A stretch of DNA of 51,544 nt, counting the filler, from Actinobacteria bacterium UBA7524 (GTDB lineage Bacteria > Actinomycetota > Coriobacteriia > Anaerosomatales > UBA912): the NCBI GenBank assembly GCA_002478275.1. It is 5 parts of 5 records of this genome, joined end to end, with 100 filler letters (N's around TTAATTAATTAA, not from the genome) between each part and the next. Parts side by side here need not be neighbours in the genome. Positions count along the whole stretch, not along the records: positions 1 to 8,651 come from DLMY01000011.1; positions 8,752 to 15,866 come from DLMY01000008.1; positions 15,967 to 29,971 come from DLMY01000001.1; 2 more parts are not named here. One strand, written 5' to 3'. Position 1 is the first letter of the stretch. Every line of letters begins with the position of its first letter. Both the position numbers and the translations under genes were made by a program. Shown one piece after another: positions 7,474 through 16,595 of this stretch. A model generated the notes under the pieces. The model saw only the letters and a program-made list of their open reading frames with translations. It was not told the origin of the DNA and did no database searches.

Positions 7474-8489
7474 TCAACCGGCCTCCAACAATGCGGATCG
7501 GGACCAAAACAGTCGCCCGAAGCGAAGTGCGCCATCGCTCGGCATCCACGACAGACAGCAATCAGATCGCACTTGGCGCAGTCCGCCAGGTTCTCTGGGT
7601 CCCGAATCCTCCAGAGGAGATCCGAGTCGTACCATATCTTGAAGAGCCCGTCTCGCAGCACATGTCCGAGCGAAATCGGCAATCGTCGGCAAGGGTAGAC
7701 AGTCCCATCGTGCATGATGGTGAGTGCGTTGGTTCCCACGGAGCACATCGCCCCGACCGTCGGATCATCCTTATCGACAAGGGCGAAGAGCGGGCGGTAC
7801 ATCAAGACCCTGACGCGGCGTTCCGCCACACCGAGAGCGTGGACCGTCTCGAAGACCTCTCGCGCCTCTTCGGGTGTCAGCATGGCATCGTGAAGTTCTG
7901 CCCCCGAGCCCTCAGGGATGAACCGCTCGACAGCGAAGGTGTCAACTTGATGGTCAGCGAGCACATCGAGCATCTGTGGGATCGAGCCCTTGTTCCGCCT
8001 CGTGACGGTCATCATGACCGCGACCTCCATGCCCTGGGACTTGAGGCGGTCTATCGCCGCAAGCGTTCGCTCGAAGGTGCCGTCGCCCCGGATCGAGTCG
8101 TTGAGAACGGCTGATGGGCCTTCGAGCGAGAGCTGGACACGTCGGAGCTTCGTCGCGGCGCGCATGCGCGCAACGTCTTCATCCGAAATGAGGGCTCCAT
8201 TGGTCAAGATGTCGTAGTAGCCCACGACATGACTGAGGTCGAGCATGCTCATCAGCGCGAACAACTCTTCGCGCCTCGTGAATGGCTCGCCACCCGTGAG
8301 GGAGAATGAGCCGACGCGATTCCACACGCTGAGCGCCCTCTCCATTTCGCCGAAGGCGGCTTGAAGGTCGCTCAGGGTCAGCTCTTCCGATGAGGAGTAC
8401 GACGCGTGGTAGCAGTGGGCGCAGCGCTGGTTGCAGCGTTCAGTCAGGTGCCACTGAAAGTAGAACTCATCCCCTGCCGGAATCTCCAA
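7461..8489 (-). CDS. radical SAM/SPASM domain peptide maturase
   Basis: QWHLTERCNQRCAHC (CxxxCxxC), LTGGEP, SPASM C..GTVYPC..CAKCDLIAVCRGCRA..C; TTG start with GGAG SD. Confidence 0.93.
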   Translation of the reverse strand: MEIPAGDEFYFQWHLTERCNQRCAHCYHASYSSSEELTLSDLQAAFGEMERALSVWNRVGSFSLTGGEPFTRREELFALMSMLDLSHVVGYYDILTNGALISDEDVARMRAATKLRRVQLSLEGPSAVLNDSIRGDGTFERTLAAIDRLKSQGMEVAVMMTVTRRNKGSIPQMLDVLADHQVDTFAVERFIPEGSGAELHDAMLTPEEAREVFETVHALGVAERRVRVLMYRPLFALVDKDDPTVGAMCSVGTNALTIMHDGTVYPCRRLPISLGHVLRDGLFKIWYDSDLLWRIRDPENLADCAKCDLIAVCRGCRAMAHFASGDCFGPDPHCWRPVECIV

Positions 8490-8498
8490 CTGTCACTC

Positions 8499-8526
8499 CA
8501 AGAGTACAGACACAAGAGTACAGACA
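8499..8526. repeat. 14-bp perfect tandem repeat upstream of the rSAM gene
   Basis: CAAGAGTACAGACA x2. Confidence 0.8.
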
Positions 8527-8629
8527 CATTTCGCTATCACTGCGCGCGCGCCCAAGGGCCAAGAGCAGGCAATCGGCGATCTTCGGCGGTCGGAATCGGC
8601 GATCCCATTTCATGAAGAATACAGCGAAA

Positions 8630-8651
8630 GGCCATGTCCCGTCAAGTGGTG
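8630..8651. mobile_element. IS terminal inverted repeat fragment (IS256-like end), right copy
   Basis: GGCCATGTCCCGTCAAGTGGTG at the contig end, inverted relative to 1-22. Confidence 0.55.
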
Positions 8652-8695
8652 NNNNNNNNNNNNNNNNNNNNNNNNNNNNNNNNNNNNNNNNNNNN

Positions 8696-8707
8696 TTAAT
8701 TAATTAA
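8696..8707. other. artificial contig linker
   Basis: TTAATTAATTAA (stops in all frames) between N runs; repeated at 15911-15922, 30016-30027 and 45767-45778. Confidence 0.97.
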
Positions 8708-10023
8708 NNNNNNNNNNNNNNNNNNNNNNNNNNNNNNNNNNNNNNNNNNNNTTTAGAGTCCGGGAGTCAGACTATGTGGGCTAAGCTGTGTAGTCGAGAG
8801 GGAAACAGCCCAGACCGCCCGCTAAGGTCCCTAAATCCATGCTAAGTGGCAAAGGATGTGCGTTTGCTCAGACAACCAGGATGTTGGCTTANNNNNNNNN
8901 NNNNNNNNNNNNNNNNNNNNNNNNNNNNNNNNNNNNNNNNNNNNNNNNNNNNNNNNNNNNNNNNNNNNNNNNNNNNNNNNNNNNNNNNNNNNNNNNNNNN
9001 NNNNNNNNNNNNNNNNNNNNNNNNNNNNNNNNNNNNNNNNNNNNNNNNNNNNNNNNNNNNNNNNNNNNNNNNNNNNNNNNNNAGCTCACTGGTCAAGTGG
9101 ACATGCGCCGATAATTCACGGGGCTCAAGCATGGTACCGAAGCGGCGGACTTCACTATGTGGAGTGGTAGGGGAGCATTCTGTACGGGTCGAAGTCGGCG
9201 GGTGACCGTCGGTGGACTGTACAGAAGAGAGAATGCTGGCATGAGTAACGAGAGAAACGCGAGAAACGTTTCCGCCGTAAGCCTAAGGGTTCCTGGGCAA
9301 CGCTAATCGTCCCAGGGTCAGTCGGGAGCTAAGGCGAGGCCGACAGGCGTAGTCGATGCACAACAGGTGGACATTCCTGTACCACCGATAGCGCGTTATC
9401 ACCGATGGGGTGACGGAGAAGGGTAGCTGGGCCGGGCGTTGGTTGTCCCGGTTTAAGGCTGTAGGGCGTGAGATAGGTAAATCCGTCTCACATGAAGCCT
9501 GAGAGCTGATGACGAGTCGAATGCGGCGAAGTCAGTGATCCCATGCTTTCAAGAAAAACCTCTAGGGAGTTCTATCGGTGCCCGTACCCCAAACCGACAC
9601 AGGTAGGCAGGTAGAGAATACCAAGGCGATCGAGATAACTATGGTTAAGGAACTCGGCAAAATTGCTCCGTAACTTCGGGAGAAGGAGCGCCTCGGCCCG
9701 TGACTATCTTCGCGGTAAGAGCGGACTGAGGCCGCAGTGAAACGGCCCAAGCGACNNNNNNNNNNNNNNNNNNNNNNNNNNNNNNNNNNNNNNNNNNNNN
9801 NNNNNNNNNNNNNNNNNNNNNNNNNNNNNNNNNNNNNNNNNNNNNNNNNNNNNNNNNNNNNNNNNNNNNNNNNNNNNNNNNNNNNNNNNNNNNNNNNNNN
9901 NNNNNNNNNNNNNNNNNNNNNNNNNNNNNNNNNNNNNNNNNNNNNNNNNNNNNNNNNNNNNNNNNNNNNNNNNNNNNNNNNNNNNNNNNNNNNNNNNNNN
10001 ACGGCGGCCGTAACTATAACGGT

Positions 10024-10775
10024 TATTCTGCTACCGGAATGGCCGTTACAAAACCCGGCTATATGCTGGAACACCTGAGTATCCCACGCTACCTCCCAAG
10101 CATGTCAGACCCGTTCTGTATGCTTGACATGGTGAAAATGCGATGGGTGCAGGCAATCAGCAGGAAAGGCCGGTGGGCGCATATGCGACTTCGTCGTGAG
10201 TTGACGCCTGATTACATCTCCGGATTCGTGGACGGTGAAGGATGCTTCTGTGTGAGTATCCGTCGACATCCAAGCGCACCGCACGGTTGGTTCATGCAAC
10301 CGACGTTTCAGGTATACCAGCACGAATGCAACGCTGGGATTCTTGAAGGGCTGCGGGAGTACTTCGGGTGCGGACGCCTGTCCCACAAAGGTCCGAACAG
10401 CTCAGTCATGACGTATTCGATCTACGCGAGGCGTGACCTCGTTGGACGGATCGTTCCATTCTTCGACGAGCACCCGCTCGTCTCGGAGAAGCAAAGAGAC
10501 TTCGAGCGGTTCAGAGAGGTGCTACTGCGTTTGGTTCGCAAGGAGCATCTGGACCCGGAAGGATTCGACGAGATGGTCAGGATCGCGTTCGAGATGAACG
10601 CTCACGGCAAACAGCGCAAATATCGATTGGATGATGTGCTCATCGGAATCCTCAGAGACTGCACGCCGGGCGCGTCACGTAGTGACGTAAAGATACAGTC
10701 CGAGCCCCATGGCGACATGGGGAGCTGGACAGAAATGATCCAGCCGGCGCTTCTATAGCGCTAGTAACAATACTG
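10024..10775 (+). mobile_element. group I intron in 23S rRNA after U1923 (E. coli numbering)
   Basis: Splits ...ATAACGGT^CCTAAGGTAG...; the 5' exon ends in U and the intron ends in G. P1 TAACGGT/GCCGTTA has a U-G pair; P3 CCCGGC/GCCGGG; P TGCTGGAA, Q AATCAGCAGG, R TCAGAGACTGCA, S AAGATACAGTCC. Confidence 0.95.
10183..10758 (+). CDS. single-motif LAGLIDADG homing endonuclease, I-CeuI-like
   Basis: YISGFVDGEGCF motif, PTFQVYQH, YFGCGRLSHK, IVPFFDEHPL; lies inside the intron. Start uncertain (frame open from 10039). Confidence 0.9.
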   Translation: MRLRRELTPDYISGFVDGEGCFCVSIRRHPSAPHGWFMQPTFQVYQHECNAGILEGLREYFGCGRLSHKGPNSSVMTYSIYARRDLVGRIVPFFDEHPLVSEKQRDFERFREVLLRLVRKEHLDPEGFDEMVRIAFEMNAHGKQRKYRLDDVLIGILRDCTPGASRSDVKIQSEPHGDMGSWTEMIQPALL

Positions 10776-11220
10776 CCTAAGGTAGCGAAATTCCTTGNNN
10801 NNNNNNNNNNNNNNNNNNNNNNNNNNNNNNNNNNNNNNNNNNNNNNNNNNNNNNNNNNNNNNNNNNNNNNNNNNNNNNNNNNNNNNNNNNNNNNNNNNNN
10901 NNNNNNNNNNNNNNNNNNNNNNNNNNNNNNNNNNNNNNNNNNNNNNNNNNNNNNNNNNNNNNNNNNNNNNNNNNNNNNNNNNNNNNNNNNNNNNNNNNNN
11001 NNNNNNNNNNNNNNNNNNNNNNNNNNNNNNNGTAGGACGGAAAGACCCCGTGAACCTTTACTACAGCTTGACATTGGTCACTGGTTTGTCGTGTAGAGGA
11101 TAGGTGGGAGGCTTTGAAGCTGGGGCGCCAGCCCTGGTGGAGCCAACCTTGGAATACCACCCTCGTCAGATTGGTGATCTAACCCCGCGCCGTGAATCCG
11201 GGCGGGGGACCGTGTCAGGT

Positions 11221-11252
<32 letters not shown>

Positions 11253-11403
11253 ATGTAACGGAGGCGCGCGTAAGGTCCGCTCAGAACGGTTGGCAATCGT
11301 TCGTAGAGTGCAAGAGCATAAGCGGGCTTGACTGCGAGACCTACAAGTCGAGCAGATAGGAAACTAGGCTCTAGTGATCCGGCGGCTCAGAGTGGAATGG
11401 CCG

Positions 11404-11442
<39 letters not shown>

Positions 11443-11664
11443 NNNNNNNNNNNNNNNNNNNNNNNNNNNNNNNNNNNNNNNNNNNNNNNNNNNNNNNNNN
11501 NNNNNNNNNNNNNNNNNNNNNNNNNNNNNNNNNNNNNNNNNNNNNNNNNNNNNNNNNNNNNNNNNNNNNNNNNNNNNNNNNNNNNNNNNNNNNNNNNNNN
11601 NNNNNNNNNNNNNNNNNNNNNNNNNNNNNNNNNNNNNNNNNNNNNNNNNNNNNNNNNNNNNNNN

Positions 11665-11719
<55 letters not shown>

Positions 11720-11720
11720 T

Positions 11721-11752
<32 letters not shown>

Positions 11753-11779
11753 CCGTGGGCGTAAGAGACTTGAGAGAGG

Positions 11780-11852
<73 letters not shown>

Positions 11853-11869
11853 TTAGCTACGTTCGGTAT

Positions 11870-11902
<33 letters not shown>

Positions 11903-12136
11903 AGTCTCAAGATGAGGTCTCTCACTGGGTTAACCAGGTAAGGCCCCTCGTAGACTACGAGGTTGATAGGCTGCAGGTGTACGCACAGCGATGTGTTCAG
12001 CCGAGCAGTACTAATAGGCCGAGGTCTTGATCTCATTTGCGAGATCTTCAAGCGCTATGCAGCTCTCAGGGTGCGGATGCACTCTAGAGGCTCATTTGAC
12101 AACGGGATATAACCGTTCACCGAGAGCCGGTGGATG

Positions 12137-12254
12137 TGTTCAGTGGTTATGGCGGAGGGGGTACACCCGATCCCATTCCGAACTCGGCAGTTAAGTCCTC
12201 CAGCGCCGATGGTACTGCGGCGTAGGCCGTGGGAGAGTAGGACGCCGCTGAACA
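12137..12254 (+). rRNA. rrf: 5S rRNA
   Basis: CACCCGATCCCATTCCGAACTCGG..GTTAAG..GCGCCGATGGTACTG..GGGAGAGTAGG; flanked by a long inverted processing stem AGAGCCGGTGGATG/CATCCACCGGCTCT. Confidence 0.96.
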
Positions 12255-12315
12255 CATCCACCGGCTCTTGTGATTCTGTAGCCCCGATTGGCACTCTTCT
12301 TGCGCTGTGTGGCTC

Positions 12316-12340
12316 AATGTTGACTGAATCAGTCAGGATT
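12316..12340. promoter_or_regulatory. IscR/Rrf2-type operator-like palindrome upstream of nifU
   Basis: AATGTTGACTGAATCAGTCAGGATT with perfect core TGACTGA-A-TCAGTCA. It overlaps a TTGACT -35-like hexamer, with TGTGGTATCAT -10-like downstream. Confidence 0.55.
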
Positions 12341-12420
12341 GTGGTATCATCCCGCTATCGTCTTGAGGCTGATGCGGGCAACCCCGGCGGGGTGGCCCGA
12401 ACCAAGGGAAGGAGCTCCGC

Positions 12421-12642
12421 ATGCAGGAGCGCGTACAGGCAGCACTGGAGAAGATCCGTCCGGCCCTTCAGGCCGACGGCGGAGACGTCGAACTCGTAGA
12501 AGTGACCGAGGATGGCGTGGTCCGTGTCCGCTTGGTGGGCGCGTGCCGGGGATGCCCCATGTCGCAATTGACGCTGGCCAACGGTGTCGAGCGGGTCATC
12601 AAAGAGGAGATCCCCGAGGTCGTGCGCGTCGAGCCGGTCTAG
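12421..12642 (+). CDS. nifU: NifU/Nfu-type Fe-S cluster carrier
   Basis: IRPALQADGGDVELV..VRLVGACRGCPMS; AAGGAG SD. Confidence 0.93.
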   Translation: MQERVQAALEKIRPALQADGGDVELVEVTEDGVVRVRLVGACRGCPMSQLTLANGVERVIKEEIPEVVRVEPV

Positions 12643-12842
12643 CTCGGCGACACGCAGATCGCGATAGTATCGCTTGGGCGCAGGAAGGACCGCGTGCAAG
12701 CGGATCAGACAATGAACGGCCGCCCGTGCGGATGGGCGGCCGTCTTGCGTCCGCCGCACGATTGTCGCCTCAAGCCGCGTGCTGACGCGCTCGGACCGTC
12801 CGCTCGTAAGGCCGGAGCGACCGTTCGTCTTTCTGCGGTTGA

Positions 12843-12890
12843 ACACTATATGTAGGATGGATTACACTAGCTGAGCGCAATATGTGGTAT
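12843..12890. promoter_or_regulatory. tandem NrdR boxes
   Basis: ACACTATATGTAGGAT (12843-12858) and GCGCAATATGTGGTAT (12875-12890), 32 bp apart, fit acaCwAtATaTwGtgt and lie upstream of the RNR gene. Confidence 0.85.
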
Positions 12891-12953
12891 ATGCGCAGCC
12901 GGGTCACAAGCCCGCTTTTCGCCTGGACGACGAGGTAACGAGAGGGGCTCCCC

Positions 12954-15409
12954 ATGCCCGAGGCCGCACGCAAGACACAGTACTCCCGCGCCATCGACGA
13001 GATTCTGACGCCGAATTCACTCAAGGTGCTTCAGAAGCGCTACTTGCTCAAGGACGCGGAGGGTAATGCGTGCGAGAACCCCAGTGACATGTTCATCCGC
13101 GTCGCGGAGAACATCGCAGGCGCCGAGGCGCTGTTCGGCAACGAGTCAGGTGTGGCGGAGTCGGCGGCGGACTTCTACGACCTGATGACCTCGCTCGAGT
13201 TCTTGCCCAACTCGCCCACACTCATGAACGCCGGCCGCGATCTTCAGCAGCTCTCGGCGTGCTTCGTCCTGCCGGTCGAGGACTCGATGGAGTCCATCTT
13301 CGGAGCCGTGCGCGACACTGCGCTGATCCACAAGTCAGGTGGCGGGACGGGATTCTCATTCTCCCGTCTACGTCCCAGCGGTGATGCGGTGCGCTCCACC
13401 CAGGGTGTGAGTAGCGGTCCGGTGTCGTTCATGCGCGTGTTCAACCAGGCGACCGAGGCGGTCAAGCAAGGCGGTACGCGCCGTGGAGCCAACATGGGTG
13501 TCTTGCGTATCGATCACCCGGACATCCTTCACTTCATCAAGTGCAAGGAGTCAGGCGATTTCTCGAACTTCAACATCTCGGTCGCGCTGACCGAAGCGTT
13601 CATGCAGGCAGTGAAGTCCGGTGACATGTACGACCTGGTCAACCCTCATACCAAAGAGGTCGCCGGCCAGCTCGATGCGCGCGAGGTCTACGATCTCATC
13701 ATCGATATGGCGTGGGCGACGGGTGATCCCGGCATCATCTTCATCGACCGCATGAACCGNNNNNNNNNNNNNNNNNNNNNNNNNNNNNNNNNNNNNNNNN
13801 NNNNNNNNNNNNNNNNNNNNNNNNNNNNNNNNNNNNNNNNNNNNNNNNNNNNNNNNNNNNNNNNNNNNNNNNNNNNNNNNNNNNNNNNNNNNNNNNNNNN
13901 NNNNNNNNNNNNATCTTCATCGACCGCATGAACCGCGACAACCCCACACCCGCGATCGGTGAGATCGAGTCGACGAACCCCTGCGGCGAGCAGCCGCTGC
14001 TTCCGTACGAGGCGTGCAACCTGGGCAGCGTCAACCTGGCGAAGTTCGTCACCGTGCGCGAGGGTGGTCCGGACGTGGACTGGGACCGTCTGGGTGACGT
14101 GGTGCACCGCGCCGTGCGATTCCTCGACAATGTGATCGAAGTCAACGAATACCCGCTGCCCGAGATCGGCGAGTTGGCGCGCGGTAACCGCAAGATCGGT
14201 CTTGGCGTGATGGGCTGGGCTGACATGCTCATCAAGATGGGTATCGCGTACGACTCCGACGCAGCGGTCGCGCTCGGCGAGAAGGTCATGGGCTACATCG
14301 ACGCCGAGGCCAAGGCCGCATCGGCCAAACTCGCCGCGGAACGAGGCACCTTCCCGAACTTCACAGGCTCGATCTACGACACGCCCGACCATGGACCGAT
14401 GCGAAACGCGACCGTCACGACCATCGCGCCGACCGGTACGCTCTCCATCATCGCGAACTGCTCGAGCGGCGTGGAGCCTCTGTTCGCAGTGAGTTACGTG
14501 CGGACGGTCATGGACAACGACCGCCTCGTCGAGGTCAACCCCATCTTCGAAGAGTTCGCTGTCAAGCGCGGGTTCTACTCGTCGGAGCTCATGGCGCTCA
14601 TCGCCGACCACGGCTCGGTCAAGGGTGTCGACGACGTGCCCGAGGACATCCAGGCCCTCTTCGTCACCGCGCACGATATCGCGCCGGAATGGCACATCAG
14701 GATGCAGGCGGCGTTCCAGAAGCACACTGACAACGCGGTTTCCAAGACGGTCAACTTCGCCAACGAGGCGACTGCTGAAGACGTGAGGCACGTCTACGAC
14801 CTCGCCTACGAGGCGGGCGTCAAGGGTGTGACCATCTATCGCGACGGTTCCAAGTCGGGACAGGTGCTCACGACCGGCAAGTCGGGCAAGGTCTCCTCGG
14901 AAGGGGAGGTCATCGGTCGGCCGGGCGAGATCGAGCCCAGGCCTCGTCCGCTGGTGACCCAGGGACGCACCGAGAAGATACTCACCGGTTGCGGCAACCT
15001 CTACGTCACGGTGAACTGGGACGAGCAGGGTATGTGCGAGGTGTTCACGCAGATGGGCAAGTCCGGCGGTTGCGCGTCGAGCCAATCGGAGGCGCTGTCG
15101 CGGATGATCTCGGTCTCGCTGCGTGCGGGGGTCGATCCGGACGCGATCCTGAAGCACCTGCGTGGCATACGGTGCCCGAGCCCGAGCTGGACGGAGGGCG
15201 GCAAGGTGCTCTCGTGCGCCGACGCGGTCGGTATCGTGATGGAGCACGCGCTGACGTACATGGAGACGGGCGAGGCTGGTCGGGGCGTGACGAAGTCCTC
15301 GGAGAAGCTCGACTATCTGTCGGGCGCCTGTCCGGAGTGCGGCGGCTCGCTCGAGCACGAGAGTGGCTGTGCGGTATGCCGTGCGTGCGGCTACAGCAAG
15401 TGCGCGTGA
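12954..15409 (+). CDS. nrdJ: class II (adenosylcobalamin-dependent) ribonucleotide reductase; apparent split is an assembly gap
   Basis: [56 protein letters not shown]-terminal Zn ribbon. The sequence on both sides of the N gap overlaps (ATCTTCATCGACCGCATGAACCG). Confidence 0.95.
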
Positions 15410-15501
15410 CGTTCGCGGAGGCATGAGCGGGGTCGAACGCAAGGAGCACGAGTGACCGAGCCGGTCGCGGATCGAGCGGCCGCAAGTGGACGGGGAGTCC
15501 G

Positions 15502-15866
15502 GTGGTTCTGTCTGACCGCACCATCAAGGAGAAGCTGCTTGCCGGTGACATCCGCATCGAGCCGCTGGATCCGGACGATATCCAGCCCTCGAGTGTGGAT
15601 CTGCACCTCGGGACGACGTTCCAGGTCTTTCGCAACTCGCGTTACCCCTACATCGACCCGGCACGCGAGCAGAAGGGCCTGATGGAGCCGGTGGAGGCTT
15701 CGCGCGAGGAGCCCTTCGTGCTGCATCCCGGCGAGTTCGTTCTGGGCACGACCATCGAACGTATCGTGCTTCCCGACGACATCGTCGCGAGGCTTGAAGG
15801 CAAGAGCTCGCTGGGCCGTCTCGGGCTGCTCATCCACTCGACGGCCGGCTACGTGGACCCGGGCTG
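15502..15866 (+). CDS. dcd: dCTP deaminase, 3'-truncated
   Basis: MVLSDRTI, IQPSSVDLHL, LHPGEFVLG, ARLEGKSSLGRLGLLIHSTAGYVDPG. Confidence 0.93.
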
Positions 15867-15966
15867 NNNNNNNNNNNNNNNNNNNNNNNNNNNNNNNNNN
15901 NNNNNNNNNNTTAATTAATTAANNNNNNNNNNNNNNNNNNNNNNNNNNNNNNNNNNNNNNNNNNNN

Positions 15967-16373
15967 ACCGTGACCTCGAACGCCGTGATCGGTGGCGTCG
16001 TCGGCTCGAAGCTGCGCCAGTACTTCAGTGCGAGCGTGCCGGTGCCTGACTCGGCGGCCCGGAATACCCACGTCTCGACGCCGCCCTGGCCGATCGCAGT
16101 TCCGCCGGCCTCGTACTGCGCCTCGCCGACCTGCTCGAGCTGGGCCGGCAGGTCGCCGTCGACCGCCCACTGGTAGCCCGTCGTCGGGTTGGACTCGAGT
16201 TCGACGTGCAGCTCCTGACCGACCGTGAGCGTGCGCGTCGACCCGTCATCCGCATCCGTGAGCTCGACCGGTGAAGGCGGACCGCTGCACCCCGCGAGGG
16301 CTAGCGCCGTCAAGGCCCCCAGCACTGTCAGCGCGAGCGTCGTCATCCTGTTTCGCATACGTAGCATTCTCAT
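15967..16373 (-). CDS. chagasin/I42 cysteine protease inhibitor lipoprotein, 3'-truncated
   Basis: Lipobox LAGC, NPTTGYQW, GQGG, YWRSFE; start approximate. Confidence 0.88.
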
Positions 16374-16595
16374 CTTCAAGACCTCCCCATGAAGGTTCAT
16401 TCCCCGCCTGCATCGGTGAGACGGCATCGAGGGTCGGATGGTTCTCCTCGGCAGGGATGAGTGCTGTCGGCGGAGGCGATCGGCGGGGGGAGGCGTTAAG
16501 AAAACAAAATATCACTCACAAGCAGGGATATTACAGACGGCGGAGAATCATGGACGGGAGGCGCATGGGTCGGGGGACGGACCCTCGATGCGTGG

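Noticed and set aside
8652..8751. TTAATTAATTAA palindromes as biological repeats, and gene adjacency across them
   Set aside because: They are identical linkers flanked by N runs at four places and are artefacts of contig concatenation. Neighbourhoods across them carry no meaning.
13737..13935. Split nrdJ, intein or direct repeat (likewise in ord, ortA and dsrE)
   Set aside because: Sequence on either side of these N gaps overlaps or nearly abuts, so the genes are contiguous and the apparent frameshifts and duplications are scaffolding artefacts.
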